64,000 nt of DNA from an uncultured virus (IMG/VR IMGVR_UViG_3300027563_000599). Its lineage: Duplodnaviria; Heunggongvirae; Uroviricota; Caudoviricetes. Shown one piece after another: positions 29,401 to 37,939 of this stretch (its first letter is position 1; each line of letters opens with the position of its first letter). The stretch lies in IMG/VR virus record IMGVR_UViG_3300027563_000599. One strand, 5' to 3'. Made by a program: the position numbers and the translations under genes. The notes under the pieces were generated by a model, which worked only from the letters and a program-made list of their open reading frames with translations, did no database searches and was not told the DNA's origin.

Positions 29401-32400
29401 CAGCACCAATGTAGATTGTGCCATCTTCCGGTGCACCTATGTAAACACTGCAATTGTTTGGACACAAATCAACATCTGTGCCAAATTGTGCTTCGTCAAA
29501 TGGTGTGTCAATTGTGATCTGCTGTATTTGTTGAAATATATTGCTTTCAATTTCAATAATGTCGCCCACTGACAGTGTCAATGTGGCAGCTAGTACTACA
29601 TTGCTACCTGTTACTGTGAACTCGCCATTTAGAAATTGATCGCTGTTGTTCAAGAAAGCACCATTGAGCAATACCGACACTGGAGCAACATAACCCGACG
29701 GCAACGCAAATGTCTTTGTTGCGGTTTCGCCAATGCCTACTTGGTATCTCAGTACACTGCGATCGTATGCATATGTACTTCCTGCAATCAACCCATTGAC
29801 ATTGCTGGTCGGTGCTCCAACCAACAGTTGACGTCCGTCTGTGCCGGAACGAACGCTGGTTCCAAAGCCGGACCCAGCAGGGCCTGTAATAGTGTTAACA
29901 TATTTGAAATAAGTGCCGGTGTTGACTGTGATAATGGTGCCTGCTGTAGGAATTGATCCAGATCTAAAAGTCAATGTAGTTCCGGCAAAAGTATAGTCAA
30001 TGTAAGGACGTTGCAGTATTTCATTCACAGTGACATCAAAAGAATCAATATTTGTGGCAGTATACAAGTATGGTTCTAGATCAAACACAGAAGTGGTACC
30101 CACACCTGACCCAGAATAGGTAAATCCTGTTATTCCGCCGGCGGTAACACTGGTAACTGTGATAGTTAAATCATTAGCAGGCGATGATCCCCCACCTATG
30201 GCTGCTGCATTGATAGTGAGAGTATTGCCAACAGCATAGGCAATACCCGGTGCTGTCAATGTCACATAATAAGTTCCGCGCACACGCCCAACAGTGAATC
30301 TTGCCCCAGATCCACTGCCAACAGTTGAATTTTGCAATATATTGTAATATGTTTGTGCGTCTATTTGTTGAGAAAACTTTCTCACAATCAAAATTGGCAA
30401 ATCTTTAAGGGGCGGCGTGACAAATATCACGGCTGTTGAACTTATGTTAAAATCAACTCCATACTGTTGATTCACGTTGTTGACAAGAACAGAAATTTGA
30501 TCGGGCTGTGCCAAATCAAACACTAGATTATTGCTGTAGTCAAATGATGCTGTGACACTGTCGCCCATGTATTCCACTTGCTGAATTTCTTCATCCACGC
30601 GGCCGTATGCATATACTGCATTTTGTGCAGGCGCACCCACGTATGCCCAACGTTCGTCTCGGCTTATAGTGACTGACGTACCAAAGCTACCAGCACTGGT
30701 TGAATAGTTAGGTGCAATCAACAACTGTGTCTGTATAAATCTGTTGCTCGACGGTGCTCGATAGATTATAGCAGCATATCCAACACCACTGGCACTAAGG
30801 TTGGCACCTGCAATCGCCCACGATTGATAACCAATGTCTACTGCATTTCCATAACCAAGTGTACCAGTGGCACCCAATTGCAACACTGGGTTTTCTTCGT
30901 ATCTAGCATCTTTTCCTCTAAGATAAGGATATATCCCTCCAGCGGTGTTGTATGTTGGTGCGCCCACCAACGCTGCAATATTTTCATATGCTTGTGCAAT
31001 ACTTGTGCCATACCCGGAGTTTTCCTGGCGGTTATTGGAAGTAAGAGCGTAGCTGGGTGAAAATACATTTTGTTTTTCAAGCACTTCCCACAGCCCTGCG
31101 CCGTTGTTGTCAACCCAGGCCAAGGCGCCTGGCACCAATTCATTGGCATAAGATAATGTGCCGACATCACTGGCCTGAGATACACGCATGGTGTCAAGAT
31201 AGAAACCTATTCCTTCGCCAGCTATGGTTGTCTGATTGCCGTTTGTGAATGTGTAGGCCACTGTGAGTGTGGTTGGTGTGGTTGTTGTCAACACGCGGTA
31301 CACGCCGTTGAACGAATCGTTGAAAAAACGAACAATCAACAAATCGCCGCGTTTTAAATTGTGTATTTGACTGAACAATACCAGGCTGGTGCCGTCGAGA
31401 TTGTCAGTGACACGAGTTATTCTGCCCGGAACTTGTGTGGCACGATAAACGTCCCAGTCGTAGCTGTTGGTTTTTGCTACCCAGATTCGTGTGCCATTAC
31501 CAATGTTGTCTAGATCAGCGGAAATAGCACTTGGATCATCTAGAGAAAACACAGTTATGTCAACGTCGTCAATATTGACATAGCCGGCGGTTGGCAATGC
31601 TGTATCAGTAATTACAGTGGTAGTGGTTGTTAAGAAGTCCGGCGAGGTCAACTTATAGCTTTCGCGCCATACGTCATTCAACAGCACAGTTTGGTTTGCC
31701 AAACTTGATTCACCTGGTTCAATTATCTGTACCGTGGCCGGATCACTTTGCATCAAGGCTTCATTTAGCCGCAGTTCTACGTAGCTGCGATTTGCATTTG
31801 CTCCATACGTGCCGCGAAGCACTGCCCAGTTTTCGTATATTTGATAATCGGCAACTTCTTTTCCAAGATTGGCGCCGGTGAATATTTCAGCACTTAGTAT
31901 AGTTCCCTTGGATCCAATAAACTGTTTATATAGATTAACTTGACTTGTGTCATCAAGGTTCAGCGCAACCATGTAATCTCTTGGTTGGAAACCAATCAGT
32001 CCGTAACTCAATAGATCATTGTCACTTTCAAGGTTGGCAGTTTGCGTGTTGTAGCTGTTGGCCAACTGATCTGCCTTGTTGGCAATGTTGGGCAACAGTC
32101 CTTTTTGTATCTTGGTATAGTCACTCTTGACCCAGTCAGCATAGGCAAATTCCAATTTGGGTTGAATTATGGTTTGTGCTGACCAATAATTGTTTTTGTA
32201 GTTGACAATTTCGCCCTTGGCATACTTGCGATTCGGTACCCAGGTGGCAATGTTATCTTGATTGAGTACAAATCCCTGAGCATTTAGTGTACCGTTCCAC
32301 TCAGTGGTAGTAAAGGCTGATACGTACACCCGATTTTGTCTTGCACCGGTGGCTGGATTATAAATCAAGTCATCAAAGATACTGACGTTGTTAAGAATGA

Positions 32401-35400
32401 CAAGATTTTCATAATTGACAAATTGCAATTTAGCATAAGCAATGGACTGATTGTTTGCACTGGTCAGTGTAAATTTATTTTCCAGCCGTTCAATCACTAG
32501 ATTTCTAGCATCAAATGGTGTGCGATTTTGATCCAGCAACATGTTTTCTGGATTCTGTACTGTGACATTATCAACCACTGCGCCGGGCTTTTCTGCAGTC
32601 AGTTGTAGTGCAGCTGGATTCAGGTTGATCAGGCTGTTTGGTGCCCATCCTTGATTTGCCCAGTACAAGAACTCTCTGGCCATCTGTTGCCAATCAACTG
32701 TGTATCCATTTTCTCTAGTGTCAAATATCAATCCCAGTGATGCCAGGTACTGTCCGTAACTCAACAAGAAATCAACCACAGAGGACTGATTTGTAAACAC
32801 AAATCCATAAGGAACCTGTGCAATGTCATTGGTGTATTGTTTCGGAACTTGCACTGTGCTGCCGCCGGCACTGACTGTTTGCAACTGTCCACTGGCACGG
32901 CTTGCAAAAATATCAAAATACGGTTCTGTTGTGCTGTAGCCAAACACTGCATAACCGCCGGTGTCTGTGCTTTGCACAATCACCGCACTGTACGCAACAG
33001 TGCTGAATGGAGAGTTTTTGTACAACAACAAATCATAGCTCTCATCTGGCAGTAACAAACTTGAATTCTGACTGTTAGGGCTGGAACGCTCAGTATATAT
33101 TTTGAGATACTGTTTGTCGGTAAAACTGCCAGTTCTCCAGCACAAACGAACATCAAGACTTGCCAGTGCAATTTCCAAAGTCTCAGTTGAGTTGATGCCC
33201 AGTTGTTGATTGTAATCCACAATCCAGTTGATATAACTGGCTTTGCTGACAGGAGTAATTGCTCCAGTTGATACATTTACGTGTCCACCGTATACTTCTA
33301 CGCCATTGGCATCTAGTCTATAACGATTGTTGTAAAGGTACTGTTCAAATTCTTCACTGTACTTGTAAAGATCTCGATCTGCAAACAAGCTGAAGAATTT
33401 TGCCGGGCGTGTCAGTGCCAGCAGTCGCATCACAGCAAATGGATAACTGCTGCTGGTCCACCAGGCAGCTTCCACTGGGCCGCCGTCGCCTACTACCCAA
33501 CTCTTGCGCCAAACATTGGGATCGTATTGTCCAACAACACTGTTCAACGGAGGTAGTAACTGGCCTTCGGTTCCATTGGGAATAAAATATGTTGATAGGT
33601 TTGGTCTTACAAACTCAGGACGTACATAATAGCCAGCAGGATCAGCAACAATGCCGGCCTGGATGTCGTCCCACAGCACCAAGTTGTCTTGTGTGTATGG
33701 AGCAGGACCGTAACGATTTTCCCACCATGCGGGTTGTTGTGCAAAGCCCAACATCTCCCAAGGTGTGGTATTTGGACTCAGTGTATCATAAAAATATCTA
33801 CTGATGCCGCGCCATGCGCCCAGCAAGGGTTGATTTTTTTCTTTGTCACCAGCCTGACTGTAGTTGTAGGTGAACGGATTATTGGCAATGTATTGTTGTT
33901 CTTTATAGTCCAGTTTGTTTTGACCCACCCAGGTCAGAAAACTTTCGCTCAGAATATTTGTAATTTCTGCTTGAGAATAATCTGTCGTGCGGAAGTAACC
34001 AGGAATTACTTCTTCTGGTATAACTGGCACAGGATTGTTTTCAGTCTTTAAGTTGTTGAAAATTCTGCGTTCAAATTCCAGCAGTATGTCATCGCGTATG
34101 TCACCAAACGCAACAGTGATACTGCCGTCATGGCCGCGTATGACCACTGTGGGATTTACATAATTTTCATCCACAAACACTTTGGGTTCATATGATTGAT
34201 ACAATCCCAATTTGGTAGGTGTGTTGGGCACAAAGTTACCAGTTGTGTTGGCATATTCGCGAATCGTAACTTGATCGCCCACTGCCAGTGGCACAGTGAC
34301 AGTGACCCGCGGGCCGTCAGTGGCCACAGTGTAATCATAATTCAGCGTTAACAAATTGTTGTTTAAGTAGACCAAAAGTCCCAAGAAATTAGCTGAAGTA
34401 AATGTGTATGTCTGAACAGTGTCAAATGTTCCAATTGTGATTGGTGTTACTATGTGAACAATTTCTGTGTACACGTTTCCGCTTGGCAGCATGTCGCTGT
34501 AGAAGAAACTGTTGATATTGGTTTTGCCTGTGTTTAAATCAGTTACTACAGCGTCAAGAATCTGGCTGGTTGATAAATTTCCCCATTCACTGCGAATAAC
34601 ACTTTCCAACATTCTATTCTTGAATTTGTTGTATTCTCTATCGTTGAATTCTAGTGATTTAAAAATGTTGTATTCTTGGCTTCTCATAAAAAAGCCTGCC
34701 AGAGTCAAGGGCGCACTTTGTTGTAAGATAAGTGTGCCATACCGACCAATGTTGCCCAGATCTCTAGTGTTATTGGATCCGTTAATAGCACCAGAGAAAT
34801 TAATTAAATTTTCAGCAATACTTTCATAATGTGCTCTTATAGTGCCAAGGGTAAACTCAGGACTGTTGATGTTGAACGGATTGTTTTCTAGATTGTTAGG
34901 TATCTGATAAAATCCGTTTTCACTATCTTGGTTGCTCAACACTTGCACTTCAATTATTGAACCCGGCAAGTAAATGTTATTGAGAACGATTGTAGTAGTT
35001 GTGGAGGTGGTTGTTACAGTGTACTCGCTGGGCAACACAAATGCATTTGACACAAACAACTGAATAGCAGGCACTGTTGTGTTTGCAGGCACGTTGATGT
35101 TGAGACGCAACGGTGCACCATTGTATGTAAACTGAAACTGCTGGCGTATTTGACTGGGTGTTGCAGCAACTTGCCAGCCACTTTTTCTCTCGTACGCAAC
35201 TCGATCATTATATTGGTAAGCAAATCCATTGCTCACGTTGGTAGTAATACCAGCATTGTTGATAACATATACAAATGTGTCTGTGTAAAAATTATTATCA
35301 AACACAATATCGCCGATGTTGGTCAAACTCAGATAGCGTAATGGCAGACCCAGAACAGTATCAGCAACGCCTGTGCCCACGGCATAGCTGAATAGTTTAC

Positions 35401-37939
35401 TTCCAACAAATGTTGTACTAGGATACTTGTTGATGTTGCTGAAACTAACACCATCAGCATCATACACGTCAAACAACGGCGCTTGATTTACTTGTGTTTT
35501 TTCTTGTGCGGTAAGCCATTCTACTCCATCAAAGTAATAACTTTTGCCTTGCTGGTCAAGACCGGTGAGTACCACTACAGTTTGATTGGCCAGTACTTCT
35601 GCATCGTCAGCAGGTACCAGATTGATAATAGGTTGTGCAATCAACGGTGACTGAGTATCTGGAGTAATAAAATTTACCACATAGATTTTGTTTTTAACCT
35701 GTGGGTTTGTATCTGCTGCAAAAATAACACGTGAACCCTGAGCAAAGGTATAGCCGTCGGTACTGTAGCCAGTGGTGCCATTGATTTGACTCAATGCGTC
35801 GGTTGTGTCAAAGTCAACAACGTTAACTGGTTGTTTGCCCTGTGTGCCAAAGTTAAACAGTTGTATTCCTGCATAAAATTCCAGTATAGGTCTTTTGGCT
35901 CGTTGTGAGTTGTTCAACACCGGTGTGGTGTTGTTGTATGCAGCGGCTGCGTTGATTACATCAATGTGAAACCATCGATTGCCCCGTGACCATGCATTAA
36001 GATCTGGACTAGCGCGATTGATTGTGAGATAATCCGGAACCAGTGGAGCATTTAAATCAAAGTCATAATTGCCTATGTCAAAAGGCAAGGTGTCGTAGGG
36101 AATAGGAGAATTCTGTGTGAATGTTTCTGGAGTAATAAAATTACTAACCGGCAGCAGCTTGATTGCAGAACCAACTCCTTCAACATAGTATTCTTGATTT
36201 TCATATTCAGCAGGTACTGTAGTGCCACGGAATTGCACTTTGAGACCATTGGTAAACACCACACCATTGGAACTGGTATAATTTTGTTTTCCCAGTATGT
36301 CTTCAATGTAAGTTGTGGTTGCATTGTCTTGATCCAATAGACGAATTTGACCAAATATACCCGGGTCAGTGCCGTCTTGATAGTACAATACATCCTTGAT
36401 TGCAGTCAACAATGGGATCTGTTCAAAATATCCCGAGGCATCTTTGTACCACTCTGTATTTGAGTACTGCACTCCAGAGTTTATGGTAAATTTTTCTAAG
36501 TTTGCAACAGGTAACACACTGTTGAGTTGAATGTATTGTTGTCCGCCGCTGGTGGTTACATATTGTATTTGCCACACACTGTAACGCTGTGCTTGTGTAA
36601 GTGGGATTGCTTGATCAAATGTTGTGCTGTCAAACGATCCTGTGCCACTTTGAACGTTGCCTATGTTCGGCAGCGGATCAAATTGACTTGTAACTTCCCA
36701 GACGTCTTGTGCAGGATCCGGATTGACAAACACCAGAGTTTGTCCATTCAAATCAGTGATGCCATCAATACCCGAGGGATATGACTCAAAAAATTCAGAT
36801 ACAAAAATGTTATTGATTTGATCAAAGGTTAAATTGGTGACCAAATTCACTGTGCCAATACTGGCAAGAGTATAATAGAAATTTTGATCTGTGGCCAATG
36901 GCACATCAAAAGTTACTGTGCCAAGATCTTCTCCGTTGTTGGTTACTCCCAGCACATCTCTGCTGCTGATGTTGGGTGACCAGGGCAACACACCATTTAC
37001 CCCGGGTGTGGCTTGAATCCAAAATCCTGGCCCGGTGCCTGCAGTTCCGTCCACAATGTTCAGCCGTCCCTGCATGTTGAACTGTGTTTCGCTGGCATAG
37101 TACAAGATGTCAGGCGCATCTTGAGGAACAGTGAATGTGATGTTCCCAGTATTTGCACCGTTACGGCTTACGCCAGTGTTGTAAGAATCGCCACGACCTT
37201 GAGTTGGTGCTGTTTTGATCCAGAATGGAGATACCACACCCAATGTCAAATTAAACACATAGGTATTACCACGAACCAGAGTCAGTGTTGGATTTGGTAT
37301 GTAATCAATGATGTATGATGATGTGCTACTAGCAGTAACACGATAATTTACTGTTTCTTTGGCATTTTGTGCCACATCAAATTTGTAGTTGCCACTGCGT
37401 AGCAAAGTAATGACAGGATTTTCACCAGAGTAACCAGAAAAAGTATATACGCCGTTTTCTCTTGTTACTGTGAATTCATCTGTCAGGGGCACTGAAGTTC
37501 CGCCCACATCAACTGGCAACGGACCTGCTGGTAACCAGTAGTACTGACTATAATTTACAAACGCATCAAAATTGACCAGAGGATCCCAGGTATAATATTC
37601 GCTGGTATAAAGTCGATTGGTGTTGTTGACCAATGCACCTTGAGTGGCCAATGCATCAGTGATACCAGGATAGGTGATAGCATCTTTGACTGAATCAGAA
37701 TCTGGTTTTTTAATAATAACACCAGGCTCTAGTTGATAGTCACGACGTGTATCAGTGCTTTCTACCACATACTTGTCGTCGGCATTGACGCCGGGACCAA
37801 CTCGGCGTCCAACATAGCCCTGTGTTTTTTTAAATTGAGGTTCTTGTACCAGTTGGTCTAGTGTGGCAGACAAGACTTGCTTGTTGGTAGGTGTTTGAAA
37901 TATTTCTGGTAAAAAATCTACCGTTCTTACTTTTGCCAT
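23471..37939 (-). CDS. Giant (4,822 aa) baseplate wedge/structural protein with FG-GAP-like propeller repeats
   Basis: Follows the gp6-like gene (TAATG overlap); repeats FGTSV...VGAP; CBM-like WxPNxxYxxGxxVxYxNxxW; VKPYHTQIR; ITNPGTGY motifs. Confidence 0.8.
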   Translation of the reverse strand: MAKVRTVDFLPEIFQTPTNKQVLSATLDQLVQEPQFKKTQGYVGRRVGPGVNADDKYVVESTDTRRDYQLEPGVIIKKPDSDSVKDAITYPGITDALATQGALVNNTNRLYTSEYYTWDPLVNFDAFVNYSQYYWLPAGPLPVDVGGTSVPLTDEFTVTRENGVYTFSGYSGENPVITLLRSGNYKFDVAQNAKETVNYRVTASSTSSYIIDYIPNPTLTLVRGNTYVFNLTLGVVSPFWIKTAPTQGRGDSYNTGVSRNGANTGNITFTVPQDAPDILYYASETQFNMQGRLNIVDGTAGTGPGFWIQATPGVNGVLPWSPNISSRDVLGVTNNGEDLGTVTFDVPLATDQNFYYTLASIGTVNLVTNLTFDQINNIFVSEFFESYPSGIDGITDLNGQTLVFVNPDPAQDVWEVTSQFDPLPNIGNVQSGTGSFDSTTFDQAIPLTQAQRYSVWQIQYVTTSGGQQYIQLNSVLPVANLEKFTINSGVQYSNTEWYKDASGYFEQIPLLTAIKDVLYYQDGTDPGIFGQIRLLDQDNATTTYIEDILGKQNYTSSNGVVFTNGLKVQFRGTTVPAEYENQEYYVEGVGSAIKLLPVSNFITPETFTQNSPIPYDTLPFDIGNYDFDLNAPLVPDYLTINRASPDLNAWSRGNRWFHIDVINAAAAYNNTTPVLNNSQRAKRPILEFYAGIQLFNFGTQGKQPVNVVDFDTTDALSQINGTTGYSTDGYTFAQGSRVIFAADTNPQVKNKIYVVNFITPDTQSPLIAQPIINLVPADDAEVLANQTVVVLTGLDQQGKSYYFDGVEWLTAQEKTQVNQAPLFDVYDADGVSFSNINKYPSTTFVGSKLFSYAVGTGVADTVLGLPLRYLSLTNIGDIVFDNNFYTDTFVYVINNAGITTNVSNGFAYQYNDRVAYERKSGWQVAATPSQIRQQFQFTYNGAPLRLNINVPANTTVPAIQLFVSNAFVLPSEYTVTTTSTTTTIVLNNIYLPGSIIEVQVLSNQDSENGFYQIPNNLENNPFNINSPEFTLGTIRAHYESIAENLINFSGAINGSNNTRDLGNIGRYGTLILQQSAPLTLAGFFMRSQEYNIFKSLEFNDREYNKFKNRMLESVIRSEWGNLSTSQILDAVVTDLNTGKTNINSFFYSDMLPSGNVYTEIVHIVTPITIGTFDTVQTYTFTSANFLGLLVYLNNNLLTLNYDYTVATDGPRVTVTVPLAVGDQVTIREYANTTGNFVPNTPTKLGLYQSYEPKVFVDENYVNPTVVIRGHDGSITVAFGDIRDDILLEFERRIFNNLKTENNPVPVIPEEVIPGYFRTTDYSQAEITNILSESFLTWVGQNKLDYKEQQYIANNPFTYNYSQAGDKEKNQPLLGAWRGISRYFYDTLSPNTTPWEMLGFAQQPAWWENRYGPAPYTQDNLVLWDDIQAGIVADPAGYYVRPEFVRPNLSTYFIPNGTEGQLLPPLNSVVGQYDPNVWRKSWVVGDGGPVEAAWWTSSSYPFAVMRLLALTRPAKFFSLFADRDLYKYSEEFEQYLYNNRYRLDANGVEVYGGHVNVSTGAITPVSKASYINWIVDYNQQLGINSTETLEIALASLDVRLCWRTGSFTDKQYLKIYTERSSPNSQNSSLLLPDESYDLLLYKNSPFSTVAYSAVIVQSTDTGGYAVFGYSTTEPYFDIFASRASGQLQTVSAGGSTVQVPKQYTNDIAQVPYGFVFTNQSSVVDFLLSYGQYLASLGLIFDTRENGYTVDWQQMAREFLYWANQGWAPNSLINLNPAALQLTAEKPGAVVDNVTVQNPENMLLDQNRTPFDARNLVIERLENKFTLTSANNQSIAYAKLQFVNYENLVILNNVSIFDDLIYNPATGARQNRVYVSAFTTTEWNGTLNAQGFVLNQDNIATWVPNRKYAKGEIVNYKNNYWSAQTIIQPKLEFAYADWVKSDYTKIQKGLLPNIANKADQLANSYNTQTANLESDNDLLSYGLIGFQPRDYMVALNLDDTSQVNLYKQFIGSKGTILSAEIFTGANLGKEVADYQIYENWAVLRGTYGANANRSYVELRLNEALMQSDPATVQIIEPGESSLANQTVLLNDVWRESYKLTSPDFLTTTTTVITDTALPTAGYVNIDDVDITVFSLDDPSAISADLDNIGNGTRIWVAKTNSYDWDVYRATQVPGRITRVTDNLDGTSLVLFSQIHNLKRGDLLIVRFFNDSFNGVYRVLTTTTPTTLTVAYTFTNGNQTTIAGEGIGFYLDTMRVSQASDVGTLSYANELVPGALAWVDNNGAGLWEVLEKQNVFSPSYALTSNNRQENSGYGTSIAQAYENIAALVGAPTYNTAGGIYPYLRGKDARYEENPVLQLGATGTLGYGNAVDIGYQSWAIAGANLSASGVGYAAIIYRAPSSNRFIQTQLLIAPNYSTSAGSFGTSVTISRDERWAYVGAPAQNAVYAYGRVDEEIQQVEYMGDSVTASFDYSNNLVFDLAQPDQISVLVNNVNQQYGVDFNISSTAVIFVTPPLKDLPILIVRKFSQQIDAQTYYNILQNSTVGSGSGARFTVGRVRGTYYVTLTAPGIAYAVGNTLTINAAAIGGGSSPANDLTITVTSVTAGGITGFTYSGSGVGTTSVFDLEPYLYTATNIDSFDVTVNEILQRPYIDYTFAGTTLTFRSGSIPTAGTIITVNTGTYFKYVNTITGPAGSGFGTSVRSGTDGRQLLVGAPTSNVNGLIAGSTYAYDRSVLRYQVGIGETATKTFALPSGYVAPVSVLLNGAFLNNSDQFLNGEFTVTGSNVVLAATLTLSVGDIIEIESNIFQQIQQITIDTPFDEAQFGTDVDLCPNNCSVYIGAPEDGTIYIGAGSVQRNVNQARVYGIISSPVANPTLTTGNTLRVNNYEVAVPATYVKDGVTVPGNNVAGLAFAINNANDGVGIPNTVATTSADLFFAGDNITKTFDIGVTYSQYGTNYTTVVYIGNILQTFNVDYTYNNTTGTINFVTAPATGAVIKVVSGVLTLSVINSAAATPGAKLDVLPGLTGSAFANIGFVNYAYTQTITSPNPTPGASFGSTVFINTDSTNLVVGAPRGNLYQPVTFDSGTTYFDDRSTVFSTVVVQSGVVYTFDYLSSSTDSVTNPGKFVFGQQMYDNSIVELDRYGTAISYVTGRLLIGSPGSDLGDSTSLNFGRVSVFENADRTPAWTVKHIQQPVVDIALLNSVYMYDKLASEITSYLDFFDPLQGKILGVARENIDYIGAVDPANYNTGPVRNVGNPWGSLKVGQIWWDTNSVRFIDPNQDNIVYASRRWGQVFPGSSIDIYQWIESDVAPVNYAGPGTPLSVLSYTTRAELNADNIFATRYYYWVRNISTVDTVAGKKLSTTAIANYIANPRASGISYIAPLNASTVAIYNVFGLINAQDTILHIEYDRILNDDNVHQEYELIADGLADSFLSDNLYLKLQDSLSGINILGAPVPDTNLSPVERYGVEFRPRQSMFVDRFAALKNYLGRANRILANYPIAETKDFSLLNSKEQEPGASTGAWNKRVADLTELGYQNLALVPVGYKYLVMTDSSNSGFWTIYEVTISTTVAFTKELSLIRVQNYDTRRYWSYINWYQPGYNSTLNPVATVANYAGLSVLTLETTPVGSSVEVSNALTGKYEIYQRTLTGWDRVGLEDGTIEFNAELWDYAIGNFGFDLEVFDAQYFDQEPVIETRKVIQAINEQLFIDELAIERNRSLILMFEFIMSEFPAPDWLIKTSLIDVDHKIRNLLPYQSFRQDNQDFVLNYIQEVKPYHTQIREFNLLYNGNNEYDGMLTDFDNPAFYDTSLVVPQFISPVLLPYTQSTANSRTNFDANTEASAVLWTETPWNEWYNNYTLNVQSIVITNPGTGYSTAPDVVVTGDCVTQAEMTAVVNSAGQVIAITIDNYGSGYITTATITLVGGNGTGATAAVVMGNNLVRQLKTTIKYDRYEYSSNIVEWQPNVNYDNGTQVRYLNRVWQAANSDSTGIQSATFDPLDWVEVNAGTLTGVDRTMGFYAPTADQPGLSLPLLIDGVEYPGVQVFGVGYDQYPGFDISPYDSTPFDNFQYGPEGRVTFDESILDAIYESPYTDIYLGTRPTSINVEGGGYIDQYSSYAPEELIPGSEFDTLDIRVYTTPGADWARDGHGFRTEVQKFTVSTVGGTYSFAGVVPYPATMIVSNQTTGVDLTLGIEYTADWAAQSITLASTVPVGTEITIALYEIGGGNQLFKRSYNGLEIGNSLTVPVQYSLIDEFVIFVNGVLTTDYTFSQRTSTSTQILFINTYTADDYLMVGAIGPTTVDNVAIDYSWSVPVTQYIAGATGNLQYTLTNSMEYVNPDNLVVTVNGVRARTSAGIAYLADGTQVLYPVAQRLGFSQSIISPNEVRVYVDNIPQVLGIDFTVVPENPAIAYDSEPYDVGGFSEIYTPCAVLFSSPPALAEKILICVTTDTQAVVVGNQLLFNSAGGLVPVTGDVIAVTSWNDTRQQDILTQVYVGPVQAAVALVEPYDSTDYDVGILSDAPGSYDYSDTQSATSNDLYLNKIVTNADSLWVTLNGRRIFVNDDFTIVDNTIVLAGGYIMTPTDVVMITEFTNSVAPEAMAFRIFQDMRGVQATYRITPSTTTYLVEPLAADGDTIYVHNASALNEPNLANNIWGLLTVDGERIMYRDLDIANNKVTGLRRGTAGTAAADHTVGTDVYNISRINLLPPQDQDYVVSNLNNNTAVYPILGNGTNTVFVAENLNVTDLDDSTTIEEAVEVYVGGTRQYGGYAIIDPGPMCTVEFNIAPPDGVQVTILVRRGVTWYAPGINTPSNGIALQDTNTPAARFLRGD

